64,000 bases of DNA from an uncultured Actinomycetota bacterium (lineage in GTDB: Bacteria; Actinomycetota; Actinomycetes; JAFAQI01), in assembly GCA_963770565.1 (NCBI GenBank), contig CAVYQE010000002.1, positions 576,001 through 640,000 on the forward strand, written 5' to 3'. A program made the position numbers and the translations under genes. The notes under the pieces are model-generated. The model ran no database searches. It saw nothing but the letters and a program-made list of their open reading frames with translations, and was not told the origin of the DNA. This document shows, piece after piece, positions 9,515 through 19,231 of this stretch. Position 1 is the stretch's first letter. Each line of letters opens with the position of its first letter.

Positions 9515-10501
9515 ATGTCTCAGATCACCCTCGACGTGGCCGAGCGAGCGCGGCTCGACCAGGTCCTGGTCGGCCTCGCAGGTCCGGACGGGTTGGCCGG
9601 ATCGGACGGCGATGTGTACGTCGACGAGGAGGGCACTCCGCTCGCCCGGCGGGACGCGGTGGCGATCATGCCGCTTCAGCCACCGTCGTGGCGTCGCCCG
9701 GACGAGGTCAACAGCTCGCGGTCGGTCGTCGTCGCGACCGACGGGCGTCTCCCGATCGCAGCACTGCCCGACGGCGCGTTGTTGCTGCTCGCCTCCGCGG
9801 GGGTGCGACTCGACGACGCCCGGCACATCGCGTGGGCACAGCGTTGGTCGGCGACGGCGTCGGAGGTGGTGACCGTCCCGATCCCCCCGACCGAGGCCGA
9901 CGCGCGTGCCGCCGAGCTCGCCGCGGCGTACTCGTCGGGCCCGCTCGTCGACGTCGAGACCGAGCCGCAGGCCATCGGCGACGGCCGGACCGTGCTGCTC
10001 ACCGGCCTGTCCGGCTCCGGCAAGTCGACCATCGCGCGCGCCCTGGTCAAGCGGCTGGCGGCCGACCGTAGCGTCACGTTGCTCGACGGCGATGTCGTGC
10101 GCACCCACCTCTCGCGCGGTCTCGGCTTCTCGCGCGAAGACCGCGACCTCAACATTCGCCGGATCGGCTGGGTCGCAGCCGAGGTCACCAAGCACGGCGG
10201 TCTCGCCGTATGTGCCCCGATCGCGCCATACGACGAGACCCGGCAGTGGGTCCGCCGGACCGTCGAGGCGGCCGGCGGGCCCGGGTCGTTCGTACTGGTG
10301 TGGATCTCGACGCCGCTCGAGGAGTGCGAGCGCCGCGACGTGAAGGGCCTCTACGCGAAGGCCCGGGCGGGCGAGATCACCGGCTTCACCGGCATCGACG
10401 ACCCCTACGAGCCGCCGCTCGATGCCACCCTGACGATCGACACGACCGTCGTCTCACTGAGCGACGCGGTCAACCAGATCGCCGCCCTGATCCCCCACTA
10501 A
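9515..10501 (+). CDS. cysC: adenylyl-sulfate kinase with an N-terminal extension
   Basis: TGLSGSGKST P-loop, LLDGDVVR, LGFSREDRDLNI, RDVKGLYAKARAGEI.FTGIDDPYE; ATG 9515. Confidence 0.92.
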   Translation: MSQITLDVAERARLDQVLVGLAGPDGLAGSDGDVYVDEEGTPLARRDAVAIMPLQPPSWRRPDEVNSSRSVVVATDGRLPIAALPDGALLLLASAGVRLDDARHIAWAQRWSATASEVVTVPIPPTEADARAAELAAAYSSGPLVDVETEPQAIGDGRTVLLTGLSGSGKSTIARALVKRLAADRSVTLLDGDVVRTHLSRGLGFSREDRDLNIRRIGWVAAEVTKHGGLAVCAPIAPYDETRQWVRRTVEAAGGPGSFVLVWISTPLEECERRDVKGLYAKARAGEITGFTGIDDPYEPPLDATLTIDTTVVSLSDAVNQIAALIPH

Positions 10502-10504
10502 CCG

Positions 10505-10593
10505 TCCCAAGCAATGTCACATTGCCCAGCCGAATCGGGGGGTGCTGTCACATTGCCCCCCACTTCGTGGGGGCAATGTGACATTGCTTGGGA
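10505..10593. repeat. palindromic REP/MITE-like element, copy 1
   Basis: 23-bp perfect terminal inverted repeats (TCCCAAGCAATGTCACATTGCCC) plus an internal third unit; lies between convergent genes. Confidence 0.85.
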
Positions 10594-10598
10594 GCGAG

Positions 10599-11357
<759 letters not shown>

Positions 11358-11386
11358 CGTCGCGCTCCGAGCCGGGCCGGGCAGCA

Positions 11387-11475
11387 GAGCCGGCGTTGCG
11401 GTCGCGAAGGAGGCGTGGGTCGAGTCCAGCGAAGCGACTCGGCCCCAGCCGACGTAGCGATCGCAACGCCGGCTC
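11387..11475. repeat. long intergenic hairpin (REP-like)
   Basis: 19-bp arms 11387-11405/11457-11475 with one mismatch, plus inner stem GAGTC/GACTC. Confidence 0.7.
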
Positions 11476-11495
11476 CGCCCGACACCTGGATCAAG

Positions 11496-12737
11496 TCAGA
11501 GCACCATTGCGGCGCCGACGGTGGCGCCGCTCGCCTCGTCGATGATCAGGAACGAGCCGGTGGTGCGATTGCGCCGATACTCGTCGACGAACAACGGCTG
11601 CGTGGTACGAAGCCGGATCCGCCCGATCTCGTTGAGCGACAACGTCTCAGCCGTCTCGTCACGATGCAAGGTGTTCACGTCGATCCGGTAGTCGATGGCA
11701 CGGACCTGCGCGCGAGCGGACCGCGTCGTGTGCTTCACGGCGTACATGCCCCGCACCCGCAACGGCTCGTCGGTCAGCCAGCACACCATCGCGTCGACGT
11801 CCTGGCTCGACCGCGGCTGGTTGTGCGGCCGGCAGATCATGTCGCCGCGTGAGATGTCGATGTCGTCGGCCAGCCGCACGGTCACCGACATCGGCGGAAA
11901 GGCTTCGTCGATCGGTCCGTCGGCGGTGTCGATCGACTCGATCGTCGAGCGAAGTCCGCTCGGCAGCACGATCACGTCGTCGCCCGGCTTCAGCACCCCG
12001 CCGGCGACCAGCCCGGCGTACCCGCGGTAGTCGGGGTGGGCGGAGGACTGCGGCCGGATGACGTACTGCACCGGGAACCGTACGTCGATCAGGTTGCGGT
12101 CACTCGCGATGTAGACGTCCTCGAGGTGGTGCAGCAGTGAGGAACCCTCGTACCACGGCATGTTCTCCGAGCGGTGTACGACGTTGTCGCCGTGCAACGC
12201 GCTGATCGGGACGAAGGACAGGTCCGAGACGTCGAGCTTGGTCGCAAACGACCGGAACTCGTCCTTGATCCGGTTGAACACGCCCTCGTCGTAGTCGACC
12301 AGGTCCATCTTGTTGACACACAGCACGAGGTGCGGCACCCGCAGCAGAGACGCGAGGAACGCGTGCCGTCGGGACTGCTCGACGATGCCCTTCCGGGCGT
12401 CGATCAACACCAGCGCGAGGCTTGCCGTCGAAGCGCCGGTGACCATGTTGCGGGTGTACTGCACGTGGCCCGGAGTGTCGGCGATGATGAACGACCGCTT
12501 GGGGGTCGCGAAGTAGCGATACGCGACGTCGATCGTGATGCCCTGCTCGCGCTCGGCCCGGAGACCGTCGGTGAGGAGCGCCAGGTTGACGTGCTCGTCC
12601 CCGCGGTCGCGCGACGTGCGCTCGACCGCCTCGAGCTGGTCCTCGAAGATCGACTTGGTGTCGTAGAGCAACCGTCCGATCAAGGTCGACTTGCCGTCGT
12701 CGACACTGCCCGCGGTCGCGAACCTGAGTAGCTCCAC
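11496..12737 (-). CDS. cysN: sulfate adenylyltransferase subunit 1 (GTPase)
   Basis: LLRFATAGSVDDGKSTLIGRLL, EREQGITID, DTPGH, NKMD; no fused APS kinase. Confidence 0.96.
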   Translation of the reverse strand: MELLRFATAGSVDDGKSTLIGRLLYDTKSIFEDQLEAVERTSRDRGDEHVNLALLTDGLRAEREQGITIDVAYRYFATPKRSFIIADTPGHVQYTRNMVTGASTASLALVLIDARKGIVEQSRRHAFLASLLRVPHLVLCVNKMDLVDYDEGVFNRIKDEFRSFATKLDVSDLSFVPISALHGDNVVHRSENMPWYEGSSLLHHLEDVYIASDRNLIDVRFPVQYVIRPQSSAHPDYRGYAGLVAGGVLKPGDDVIVLPSGLRSTIESIDTADGPIDEAFPPMSVTVRLADDIDISRGDMICRPHNQPRSSQDVDAMVCWLTDEPLRVRGMYAVKHTTRSARAQVRAIDYRIDVNTLHRDETAETLSLNEIGRIRLRTTQPLFVDEYRRNRTTGSFLIIDEASGATVGAAMVL

Positions 12738-12739
12738 GG

Positions 12740-13651
12740 TTAGAAGTACCCCTCGCGCTTGCGGTCTTCCATCGCGGCTTCGCTCAACCGGTCGTCCGCG
12801 CGCGTTGCCCCGCGCTCGGTGATCCGGGTGGCGGCCACCTCGGCGATGACGTCGGCGTACGTCGCAGCGGTGGACTCGACCGCGCCGGTGATCGGGATGT
12901 CGCCGACCGTGCGGTATCGCACGGACAGGGTCACGATCTCTTCGCTCTCCCGCGGCGTGGTGAAGTCGCTGACCGGCAGCCACATCCCGTCACGCAGGAA
13001 CACCTCGCGCTCGTGCGCGAAGTAGATGCTCGGCAGCGCGACGTTCTCGGCCGAGAGATAGCCCCAGATATCGAGCTCGGTCCAGTTGGACAGCGGGAAG
13101 ATCCGGATGTGCTCGCCCTTGTGGTGCCGGCCGTTGTAGAGCGACCACAGCTCGGGCCGCTGGTTCTTCGGATCCCACTGACCAAACTCGTCACGGAAGC
13201 TGTAGACCCGCTCTTTGGCCCTGGCCTTCTCCTCGTCGCGGCGCGCTCCGCCGAAGACCGCGTCGAACTGGCCCTCGGTGATCGCGTCGAGCAAGGTCAC
13301 CGTCTGCAGCGGGTTGCGGACACCATCGGGTCGCTCGCGCACCCGACCGGCCTTGATCGAGTCCTCGACCTTGGCGACGACCAGCCGGAGCCCGAGCCGC
13401 TCGACCGTGCTGTCACGGAAGGCGAGCACCTCTGGGAAGTTGTGGCCGGTGTCGACGTGCATGACCGGGAACGGGATCGGCGCCGGCCAGAAGGCCTTGG
13501 CCGCGACGTGAAGCATGACGACCGAGTCCTTCCCCCCGCTGAACAGCAGCACGGGGCGCTCGAACTCCGCCGCGACCTCACGAAAGATGTGGATCGATTC
13601 GGATTCGAGCGCCTGCAGCGAGCTCAGCTCGTAAGTCTGGGGTGCCGTCAT
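12740..13651 (-). CDS. cysD: sulfate adenylyltransferase subunit 2
   Basis: LFSGGKDS, GGARRDEEKARAKER, QWDPKNQRPELW, MEDRKREGYF. Confidence 0.97.
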   Translation of the reverse strand: MTAPQTYELSSLQALESESIHIFREVAAEFERPVLLFSGGKDSVVMLHVAAKAFWPAPIPFPVMHVDTGHNFPEVLAFRDSTVERLGLRLVVAKVEDSIKAGRVRERPDGVRNPLQTVTLLDAITEGQFDAVFGGARRDEEKARAKERVYSFRDEFGQWDPKNQRPELWSLYNGRHHKGEHIRIFPLSNWTELDIWGYLSAENVALPSIYFAHEREVFLRDGMWLPVSDFTTPRESEEIVTLSVRYRTVGDIPITGAVESTAATYADVIAEVAATRITERGATRADDRLSEAAMEDRKREGYF

Positions 13652-13752
13652 AGGCCTTACAGAGTAGATCGAATGCGGATCAGGCGCGGCGAACTGCGCA
13701 AACCGTCAGCACTCGTTCATGGCCGACTTCGACCAAAGGCTAGGTTTTCGGC

Positions 13753-14529
13753 ATGGATCTCAACGGAACCTCGGCTGTCGTCACTGGCGGCGCCTCCGGC
13801 CTCGGCGCGGCGACCGCGCGCCTGCTCGCGGGTCAGGGCGTCGGTGTTGTCGTCGCCGACGTCCAGGACGCGAAAGGCGAGGCGCTGGCCGCCGAGATCG
13901 GCGGGGTGTTCGTCCACACCGACGTGACGGACACCGGCACGATCATCGCCGCAGTCGACACCGCGGCCGGGATGGCCCCGCTGCGCTCGCTGGTGTGCTG
14001 TGCGGGCATCGGCTGGCCCGAGCGGACCGTCGGCAAGGACGGCGAGTACGCATCGGCGCACAACCTCGACGCCTACAAGAAGGTGATCGCGATCAACCTG
14101 GTCGGCACGTTCGACTGCGTCCGGATCGCGGCGACCGCGATCGGGCGCACCACCGCCGGCGACGACGGGCAGCGCGGCGCGATCGTGTTGACCGCCTCGG
14201 TCGCCGCCGAGGACGGCCAGATCGGTCAGGCGGCGTACTCCTCGTCGAAGGGCGGCGTGGTCGGGATGACGCTCCCGGTGGCCCGCGACCTGTCGGTGAT
14301 CGGGGTCCGGGTCAACACGATCCTGCCCGGGTTGATCGACACGCCGATCTACGGCGAAGGTCCGGCCTCGGAGGAGTTCAAGGCCAAGCTCGGCACCGCG
14401 GTGCTGTTCCCCAAGCGGCTCGGGCACGCCGCGGAGTACGCCTCGCTGGCGCTGGAAATGCTGCGCAACGACTACTTCAACGCCGAGACCGTCCGGCTCG
14501 ACGCCGGCATCCGGATGCAGCCGCGTTGA
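13753..14529 (+). CDS. SDR oxidoreductase (3-hydroxyacyl-CoA dehydrogenase type 2-like)
   Basis: TGGASGLG, ASVAAEDGQIGQAAYSSSKGG, RLDAGIRM. Confidence 0.92.
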   Translation: MDLNGTSAVVTGGASGLGAATARLLAGQGVGVVVADVQDAKGEALAAEIGGVFVHTDVTDTGTIIAAVDTAAGMAPLRSLVCCAGIGWPERTVGKDGEYASAHNLDAYKKVIAINLVGTFDCVRIAATAIGRTTAGDDGQRGAIVLTASVAAEDGQIGQAAYSSSKGGVVGMTLPVARDLSVIGVRVNTILPGLIDTPIYGEGPASEEFKAKLGTAVLFPKRLGHAAEYASLALEMLRNDYFNAETVRLDAGIRMQPR

Positions 14530-14556
14530 GCGCGACCGCACCATCAGCCGTGGCAG

Positions 14557-14639
14557 CCCGAACCCTCCGTGTCCCTGCTGCGACGGCGTTACGACCGGGG
14601 TCTTGGGCCATTGCCGGCAAGAAGCACGAAGGGCTCGGG
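14557..14639. terminator. imperfect inverted repeat between convergent genes
   Basis: CCCGAACCCTCCGTG (14557-14571) / CACGAAGGGCTCGGG (14625-14639). Confidence 0.5.
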
Positions 14640-14647
14640 GGCCTTGG

Positions 14648-14947
14648 CTAGACAGTCAGGCGAAGCTCGTTGACCTCGCCCTCACCGACCTCGGTCGATG
14701 CATCAGTTCCGCCATGGCCGCCGCCGGGGACGAGACGGACCGTCCAGTTGCCCGGGCGCGCGTAGAACCGGAACTGGCCGGTCGCTGAGGTGACCACCTC
14801 GGCGGTGAACTCCCCACCGGAGTCCAGCAGCCGCACGTAGCCACCCGCGACCGGCTGCTCGCCGGCGTACACGAGCCCTTGGATGACGGTCGCGCCGGTC
14901 GGGATGCCCTCGCGGTCGATCGTTGCCTGGTCAGGTGATCCGCACAC
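14648..14947 (-). CDS. sseC: DUF1416 / SseC family protein
   Basis: MCG start, YVRLLDSGGEFTAEV..SATGQFRFYA.PG.WT; directly follows the sulfurtransferase. Confidence 0.88.
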   Translation of the reverse strand: MCGSPDQATIDREGIPTGATVIQGLVYAGEQPVAGGYVRLLDSGGEFTAEVVTSATGQFRFYARPGNWTVRLVPGGGHGGTDASTEVGEGEVNELRLTV

Positions 14948-14949
14948 GC

Positions 14950-15786
14950 TCAGACGTCCTTCTCGATCGGGACTCCGACGAGCGAACCGTACTCGGTCCA
15001 CGACCCGTCGTAGTTCTTGACGTTGGGCTGGCCGAGCAGCTCGTGCAGCACGAACCAGGTGTGTGCGCTGCGCTCGCCGATCCGGCAGTAGGCGATGGTG
15101 TCCTTGCCGTTGAGGTCGACTCCTGCCTCCGAGTAGAGCGTGGTCAGCTCGTCGTCGTCGCGGAAGGTGCCGTCCTCGTTGGCCGCCTTGCTCCACGGGA
15201 TGTTGGCCGCGGTCGGGATGTGGCCGGCCCGCTGCGACTGCTCCTGCGGCAGGTGCGCCGGCGCGAGCAGCTTGCCGGAGAACTCGTCCGGCGAGCGGAC
15301 GTCGACCAGGTTCTTCACGCCGATCGCGGCGATGACCTCGTCGCGGAAGGCCCGGATGTCGTTGTTCGGGGCTTGCGCGGTGTAGCTGGTCGCGGCCCGG
15401 TTCGGGGTCTCCTCGACCAGCTCGCGGCTGTCGAGCTCCCACTTCTTGCGCCCGCCGTCGAGCAGCTTGACGTCCTGGTGGCCGTAGAGCTTGAAGTACC
15501 AGTACGCGTACGCCGCGAACCAGTTGTTGTTGCCGCCGTACAGCACGACCGTGTCATCGTTGCCGATGCCGCGCGAGGACAGCAGCGCCTCGAACTGCTC
15601 CTTGCTCACGAAGTCGCGGCGGACCTGGTCCTGCAGGTCGGCCTTCCAGTCCAGCCGGACCGCGCCCTTGATGTGGTTCTTGTCGTACGCCGCGGTGTCC
15701 TCGTCGACCTCGACGAGGACGACGTTCGGATCGTCGAGGTGTGCCTCGACCCAATCGGCGTCGACAAGTACGTCGCTTCGAGCCAT
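14950..15786 (-). CDS. thiosulfate sulfurtransferase (tandem rhodanese, CysA2-like)
   Basis: LVEVDED, YGGNNNWFAAY, YCRIGERS active site, NYDGSWTEYG. Confidence 0.96.
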   Translation of the reverse strand: MARSDVLVDADWVEAHLDDPNVVLVEVDEDTAAYDKNHIKGAVRLDWKADLQDQVRRDFVSKEQFEALLSSRGIGNDDTVVLYGGNNNWFAAYAYWYFKLYGHQDVKLLDGGRKKWELDSRELVEETPNRAATSYTAQAPNNDIRAFRDEVIAAIGVKNLVDVRSPDEFSGKLLAPAHLPQEQSQRAGHIPTAANIPWSKAANEDGTFRDDDELTTLYSEAGVDLNGKDTIAYCRIGERSAHTWFVLHELLGQPNVKNYDGSWTEYGSLVGVPIEKDV

Positions 15787-15939
15787 TTGTGGTTCTCTCC
15801 TTGCAAATTGTGGGGTGCCATTGCCGGACTCCGCCGGGTCAACAACAAAGAATCTGAGCGGGGAAACTCCTGAACGTTCGTGCGGTTGCCGGCCGCGGAC
15901 GCGCGATGGCTGCCGGTCAGGCAGCCTCGGCCTAGCGGG

Positions 15940-16038
15940 TCAGGACCGACACAGACAGGTGGCCACGCGGCACAGGTCGACCGCGCGCCGGCTCCACAGC
16001 GCGGGGTCAGCCCACGTCGCGCTCGAGGAGATGATCAC
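15940..16038 (-). CDS. leaderless Cys-rich leader peptide (Ms5788A-like), 32 aa
   Basis: MIISSSATWADPALWSRRAVDLCRVATCLCRS with the RRAVDLCRV motif; TAGTGT -10 box (16050-16045) 6 nt before the GTG. Confidence 0.85.
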   Translation of the reverse strand: MIISSSATWADPALWSRRAVDLCRVATCLCRS

Positions 16039-16120
16039 CGGCCAACACTACGCAACCGCCGTCTCGAGCCGCAACCGCGCGAGCCACTGCTGGGCGGCGA
16101 TCGGAATGGGGCCGTGCGAT

Positions 16121-16145
16121 GATTAGTTGCGTAGGCTAAGTAATC
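16121..16145. promoter_or_regulatory. imperfect palindromic operator upstream of the MFS gene
   Basis: GATTAGTTGCGTAGGCTAAGTAATC, an AT-rich dyad containing a TAGGCT -10-like hexamer. Confidence 0.45.
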
Positions 16146-16179
16146 GCGCTCGACGGCGCCCCGATCCGGAAGGCCGACC

Positions 16180-17976
16180 ATGCCCACCGCGCCCGCGACC
16201 TCCTCGGCACCCGAGGCCATGGGCATCGCCTACAAGTGGATCGCGCTGTCGAACACCACGCTCGGTGTACTGATGGTGACCATCAACACCTCGATCCTGC
16301 TCATCGCCCTGCCGGACATCTTCCGGGGGATCAAGCTCGACCCGCTCGCACCGAGCAACACGCCGTACTTCCTGTGGATCCTGACCGGGTTCCTGCTGGT
16401 CACCAGCGTGCTCGTCGTGAGCCTCGGCCGGATCGGCGACATCTACGGACGAGTCCGGATGTTCAACCTCGGGTTCGCGATCTTCACCTCGTTCTCCCTG
16501 TTGCTGGCGATCACCTGGCTGACCGGTGCCCACGGCGCACTCTGGATCGTGCTGATGCGGCTCGGCCAGGGCGTCGGCGGCGCCTTCCTCTACGCCAACT
16601 CGAGCGCGATCCTGACCGACGCCTTCCCGGAGAACGAGCGCGGGCTGGCGCTTGGCATCAACGGCGTGGCCGCGGTCGGCGGCGCTTTTCTCGGCCTGAT
16701 CCTCGGCGGCTTGCTGGCTCCGATCGAGTGGCGCCTGGTATTCGTCCTGTCCGTCCCGCTTGGCCTGTTCGGCACGGTCTGGTCGTATCTCAAACTGCGC
16801 GACAACGGCGTCCGTACGCCGAGCCGGATCGACTGGGCCGGCAACACGTTGTTCGCGCTCGGCCTGGTCGGCGTACTCACCGGGATCGTGTATGGCCTGC
16901 AGCCCTACGGCGGGCACACGATGGGCTGGACCAAGCCGTTCGTGCTGATCTGCCTGTTCGGCGGGGTCGCGGTCATCGGGCTGTTCGTCGTGGTCGAGAC
17001 CCGAGCCGCCGACCCGATGTTCCGGCTGCACCTGTTTCGGATCCGGGCCTTCACGATGGGCAACCTCACCGCCCTGTGCGCGTCGCTCGCGCGCGGCGGG
17101 CTGATGTTCATCCTGATCATCTGGCTGCAGGGCATCTGGCTGCCCGAGCATGGCTACAGCTTCGAACGCACGCCGCTGTGGGCCGGCATCTACATGATCC
17201 CGCTCACCGTCGGCTTCCTGATCTCCGGACCGCTCTCCGGCCGGCTCGCCGACCGGTTCGGCGCCCGGCCGTTTGCGACCGCCGGAGTGGCGCTGTCCGG
17301 AACGGTCTTCTTGCTGTTCAACCTGCTGCCGATGAACTTCGACTACGTGTGGTTCGCCACGCTGGTGCTGCTCGTCGGCCTCGCGCTCGGTCTGTTCCAC
17401 GCGCCCAACACCGCCAACGTCATGAACTCACTGCCCGCGGACCAGCGCGGCGCCGGCGCAGGCATGCTCAACACCTTCCAGAACAGCGCGCAGGTGCTTT
17501 CGATCGGCGTGTTCTTCACGGTCATCACGCTCGGGCTGGCGGCCCGGCTGCCCAGCGCCCTCGACCACGGCCTCGTGGCGCAGGGGGTGCCGGCTGCGCA
17601 GGCCCACTCGATCGCGACGCTGCCCCCGATCGGATCGCTGTTCGCCGCCTTCCTCGGCTTCAATCCGATCAAGCAGCTCCTGCCGTCCGCCTCCGCGGCC
17701 CACGTGTCGGCCGCCCACTACCGGTTCCTCACCGGGCGCGGGTTCTTCCCGCGCCTGATCGCCGGACCGTTCGGGCACGGGCTGCACCTGGCCTTCTTCA
17801 TGGCCGCCGCGGTCTGCTTCCTCGGGGCGATCTTCTCCGCGCTCCGCGGTGGCCAGAAAGCTGCCCCGCTCGGCCGCACCCGGGCCGAGTCGATGGAGCG
17901 CGGGATGGCCGGTGCCGGCGAGGTCGCGATGGCGGAGTCCGGAGCCGGCACGGACGGCGCGGTCATCACCCGCTGA
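16180..17976 (+). CDS. MFS transporter (DHA2 type, about 14 TM)
   Basis: GRIGDIYGR motif A, RLGQGVGGA, second-half GRLADRFGAR. Confidence 0.93.
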   Translation: MPTAPATSSAPEAMGIAYKWIALSNTTLGVLMVTINTSILLIALPDIFRGIKLDPLAPSNTPYFLWILTGFLLVTSVLVVSLGRIGDIYGRVRMFNLGFAIFTSFSLLLAITWLTGAHGALWIVLMRLGQGVGGAFLYANSSAILTDAFPENERGLALGINGVAAVGGAFLGLILGGLLAPIEWRLVFVLSVPLGLFGTVWSYLKLRDNGVRTPSRIDWAGNTLFALGLVGVLTGIVYGLQPYGGHTMGWTKPFVLICLFGGVAVIGLFVVVETRAADPMFRLHLFRIRAFTMGNLTALCASLARGGLMFILIIWLQGIWLPEHGYSFERTPLWAGIYMIPLTVGFLISGPLSGRLADRFGARPFATAGVALSGTVFLLFNLLPMNFDYVWFATLVLLVGLALGLFHAPNTANVMNSLPADQRGAGAGMLNTFQNSAQVLSIGVFFTVITLGLAARLPSALDHGLVAQGVPAAQAHSIATLPPIGSLFAAFLGFNPIKQLLPSASAAHVSAAHYRFLTGRGFFPRLIAGPFGHGLHLAFFMAAAVCFLGAIFSALRGGQKAAPLGRTRAESMERGMAGAGEVAMAESGAGTDGAVITR

Positions 17977-18063
17977 GGCATGGCCCGCCGCCGATTGGCG
18001 GACAACACCGCCGCCAGCCGCGCCAAGCGCGGGTCCGATCCGTAACTTTGTCGGTACGCGGGT

Positions 18064-18088
18064 CAACCTCCCCGCTCGGTCAAGCGTT
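18064..18088 (+). promoter_or_regulatory. ECF-type promoter CAAC-N17-CGTT, probably autoregulatory
   Basis: CAAC 18064-18067 and CGTT 18085-18088 directly upstream of an ECF sigma gene. Confidence 0.6.
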
Positions 18089-18100
18089 AATCAGGGGACG

Positions 18101-18607
18101 GTGCACGTCGTGAGCTTCGACGAAGCAACGACTACCGCCCCTGCCGAACCGAGCTTCGAGGAGGTCTTTCCCGTGCTGATCCGCGACGCCTATCGCGTCG
18201 CGTACCGGCTGCTCGGCGACCAGGGCGAGGCCGAGGACGTGGCCCAGGAAGCCTGCGCCCGCGCCTACAGCAGGTGGGCGAGCGTGCGCGATCACGCCGA
18301 GCCATGGTGCGTCCGGGTCGCGAGCAATCTCGCGCTCGACCTGCTCCGGGCCAGGACCCGGGCAGTCCGGCGCAACGAGCGGCTGCGGGCTGCCGATCCC
18401 GCGCCGACCGCCGGGCTCGAGGACAGGTTGGACCTGTACGCCGCGCTGTCGCATCTGCCCCGCCGCCAGCGCGAGACGGTCGTCCTGCGCTACCTCGGCG
18501 ACCTGTCCGAAGCGCAGACGGCGGACCTGATCGGCTGCTCGGTCGGATCGGTCAAGACCCACGCGAGCCGAGGGCTCGCCGCGCTGAAGGAGGTGCTCGC
18601 CCGATGA
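18101..18607 (+). CDS. ECF RNA polymerase sigma factor (SigE family)
   Basis: AEDVAQEA region 2; LPRRQRETVVLRY..DLSEAQTA.LIGCSVGSVKTH region 4; start 18101 or 18110. Confidence 0.92.
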   Translation: MHVVSFDEATTTAPAEPSFEEVFPVLIRDAYRVAYRLLGDQGEAEDVAQEACARAYSRWASVRDHAEPWCVRVASNLALDLLRARTRAVRRNERLRAADPAPTAGLEDRLDLYAALSHLPRRQRETVVLRYLGDLSEAQTADLIGCSVGSVKTHASRGLAALKEVLAR

Positions 18608-19203
18608 CCTTCGACGACCCCGGCGAGGATCCCTTCGGCCACCTCGACGACCCGGCTCCGCCCATGCACGGCGCGGAGGCACTCACCCACGTGGTCGCCC
18701 GCGGTCAGCAGATCCGGCGTCGGCGCCGTACCGCCTACTCCGCGAGCACCGCGCTGATCGTGGTCGCCATCGCCGGCGCCGCGGTCGGGGTGGCTCGGGG
18801 CGGCGCGCACAACAGCCAGACCATCTCCACCCTCAAGTCCGGGACCCCGTCGGTGACGGCGTCGGAACTGTCATCGACGCCGACACGCTCGCATTCTTCG
18901 GGCCCGGGTGGCGGCGTAACCACCACGACCGGGCCGATCCAGCATCAGCACAGCCTGACCACCAGCCCGAACCCGACCACGACGCCGACCTGCAGCTCGA
19001 CACCGACCGCGGCGCCCGGTAGCCCCGCGGCGGGCGTCACCGCCAACGCGGTCGGCAAGCCGAAGAGCGGTACGTCGCTCTCACCGATCCCCACGCCGAC
19101 CCCGACCTGCATCCCGCCGTCCGGGGCGCCGACGCCGAGCACCTCAGTGAGCGCGACCCCTACCTCGACACCCAGCGACCTCGGCTCAGATCCCGCACCT
19201 TGA
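18604..19203 (+). CDS. putative anti-sigma membrane protein with Ser/Thr/Pro-rich tail
   Basis: ATGA overlap with the sigma gene; RG..IRRRRR followed by a single TM helix and a low-complexity tail. Confidence 0.75.
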   Translation: MTFDDPGEDPFGHLDDPAPPMHGAEALTHVVARGQQIRRRRRTAYSASTALIVVAIAGAAVGVARGGAHNSQTISTLKSGTPSVTASELSSTPTRSHSSGPGGGVTTTTGPIQHQHSLTTSPNPTTTPTCSSTPTAAPGSPAAGVTANAVGKPKSGTSLSPIPTPTPTCIPPSGAPTPSTSVSATPTSTPSDLGSDPAP

Positions 19204-19231
19204 CATCGCCACCAGCCAACTACACAGCCGG

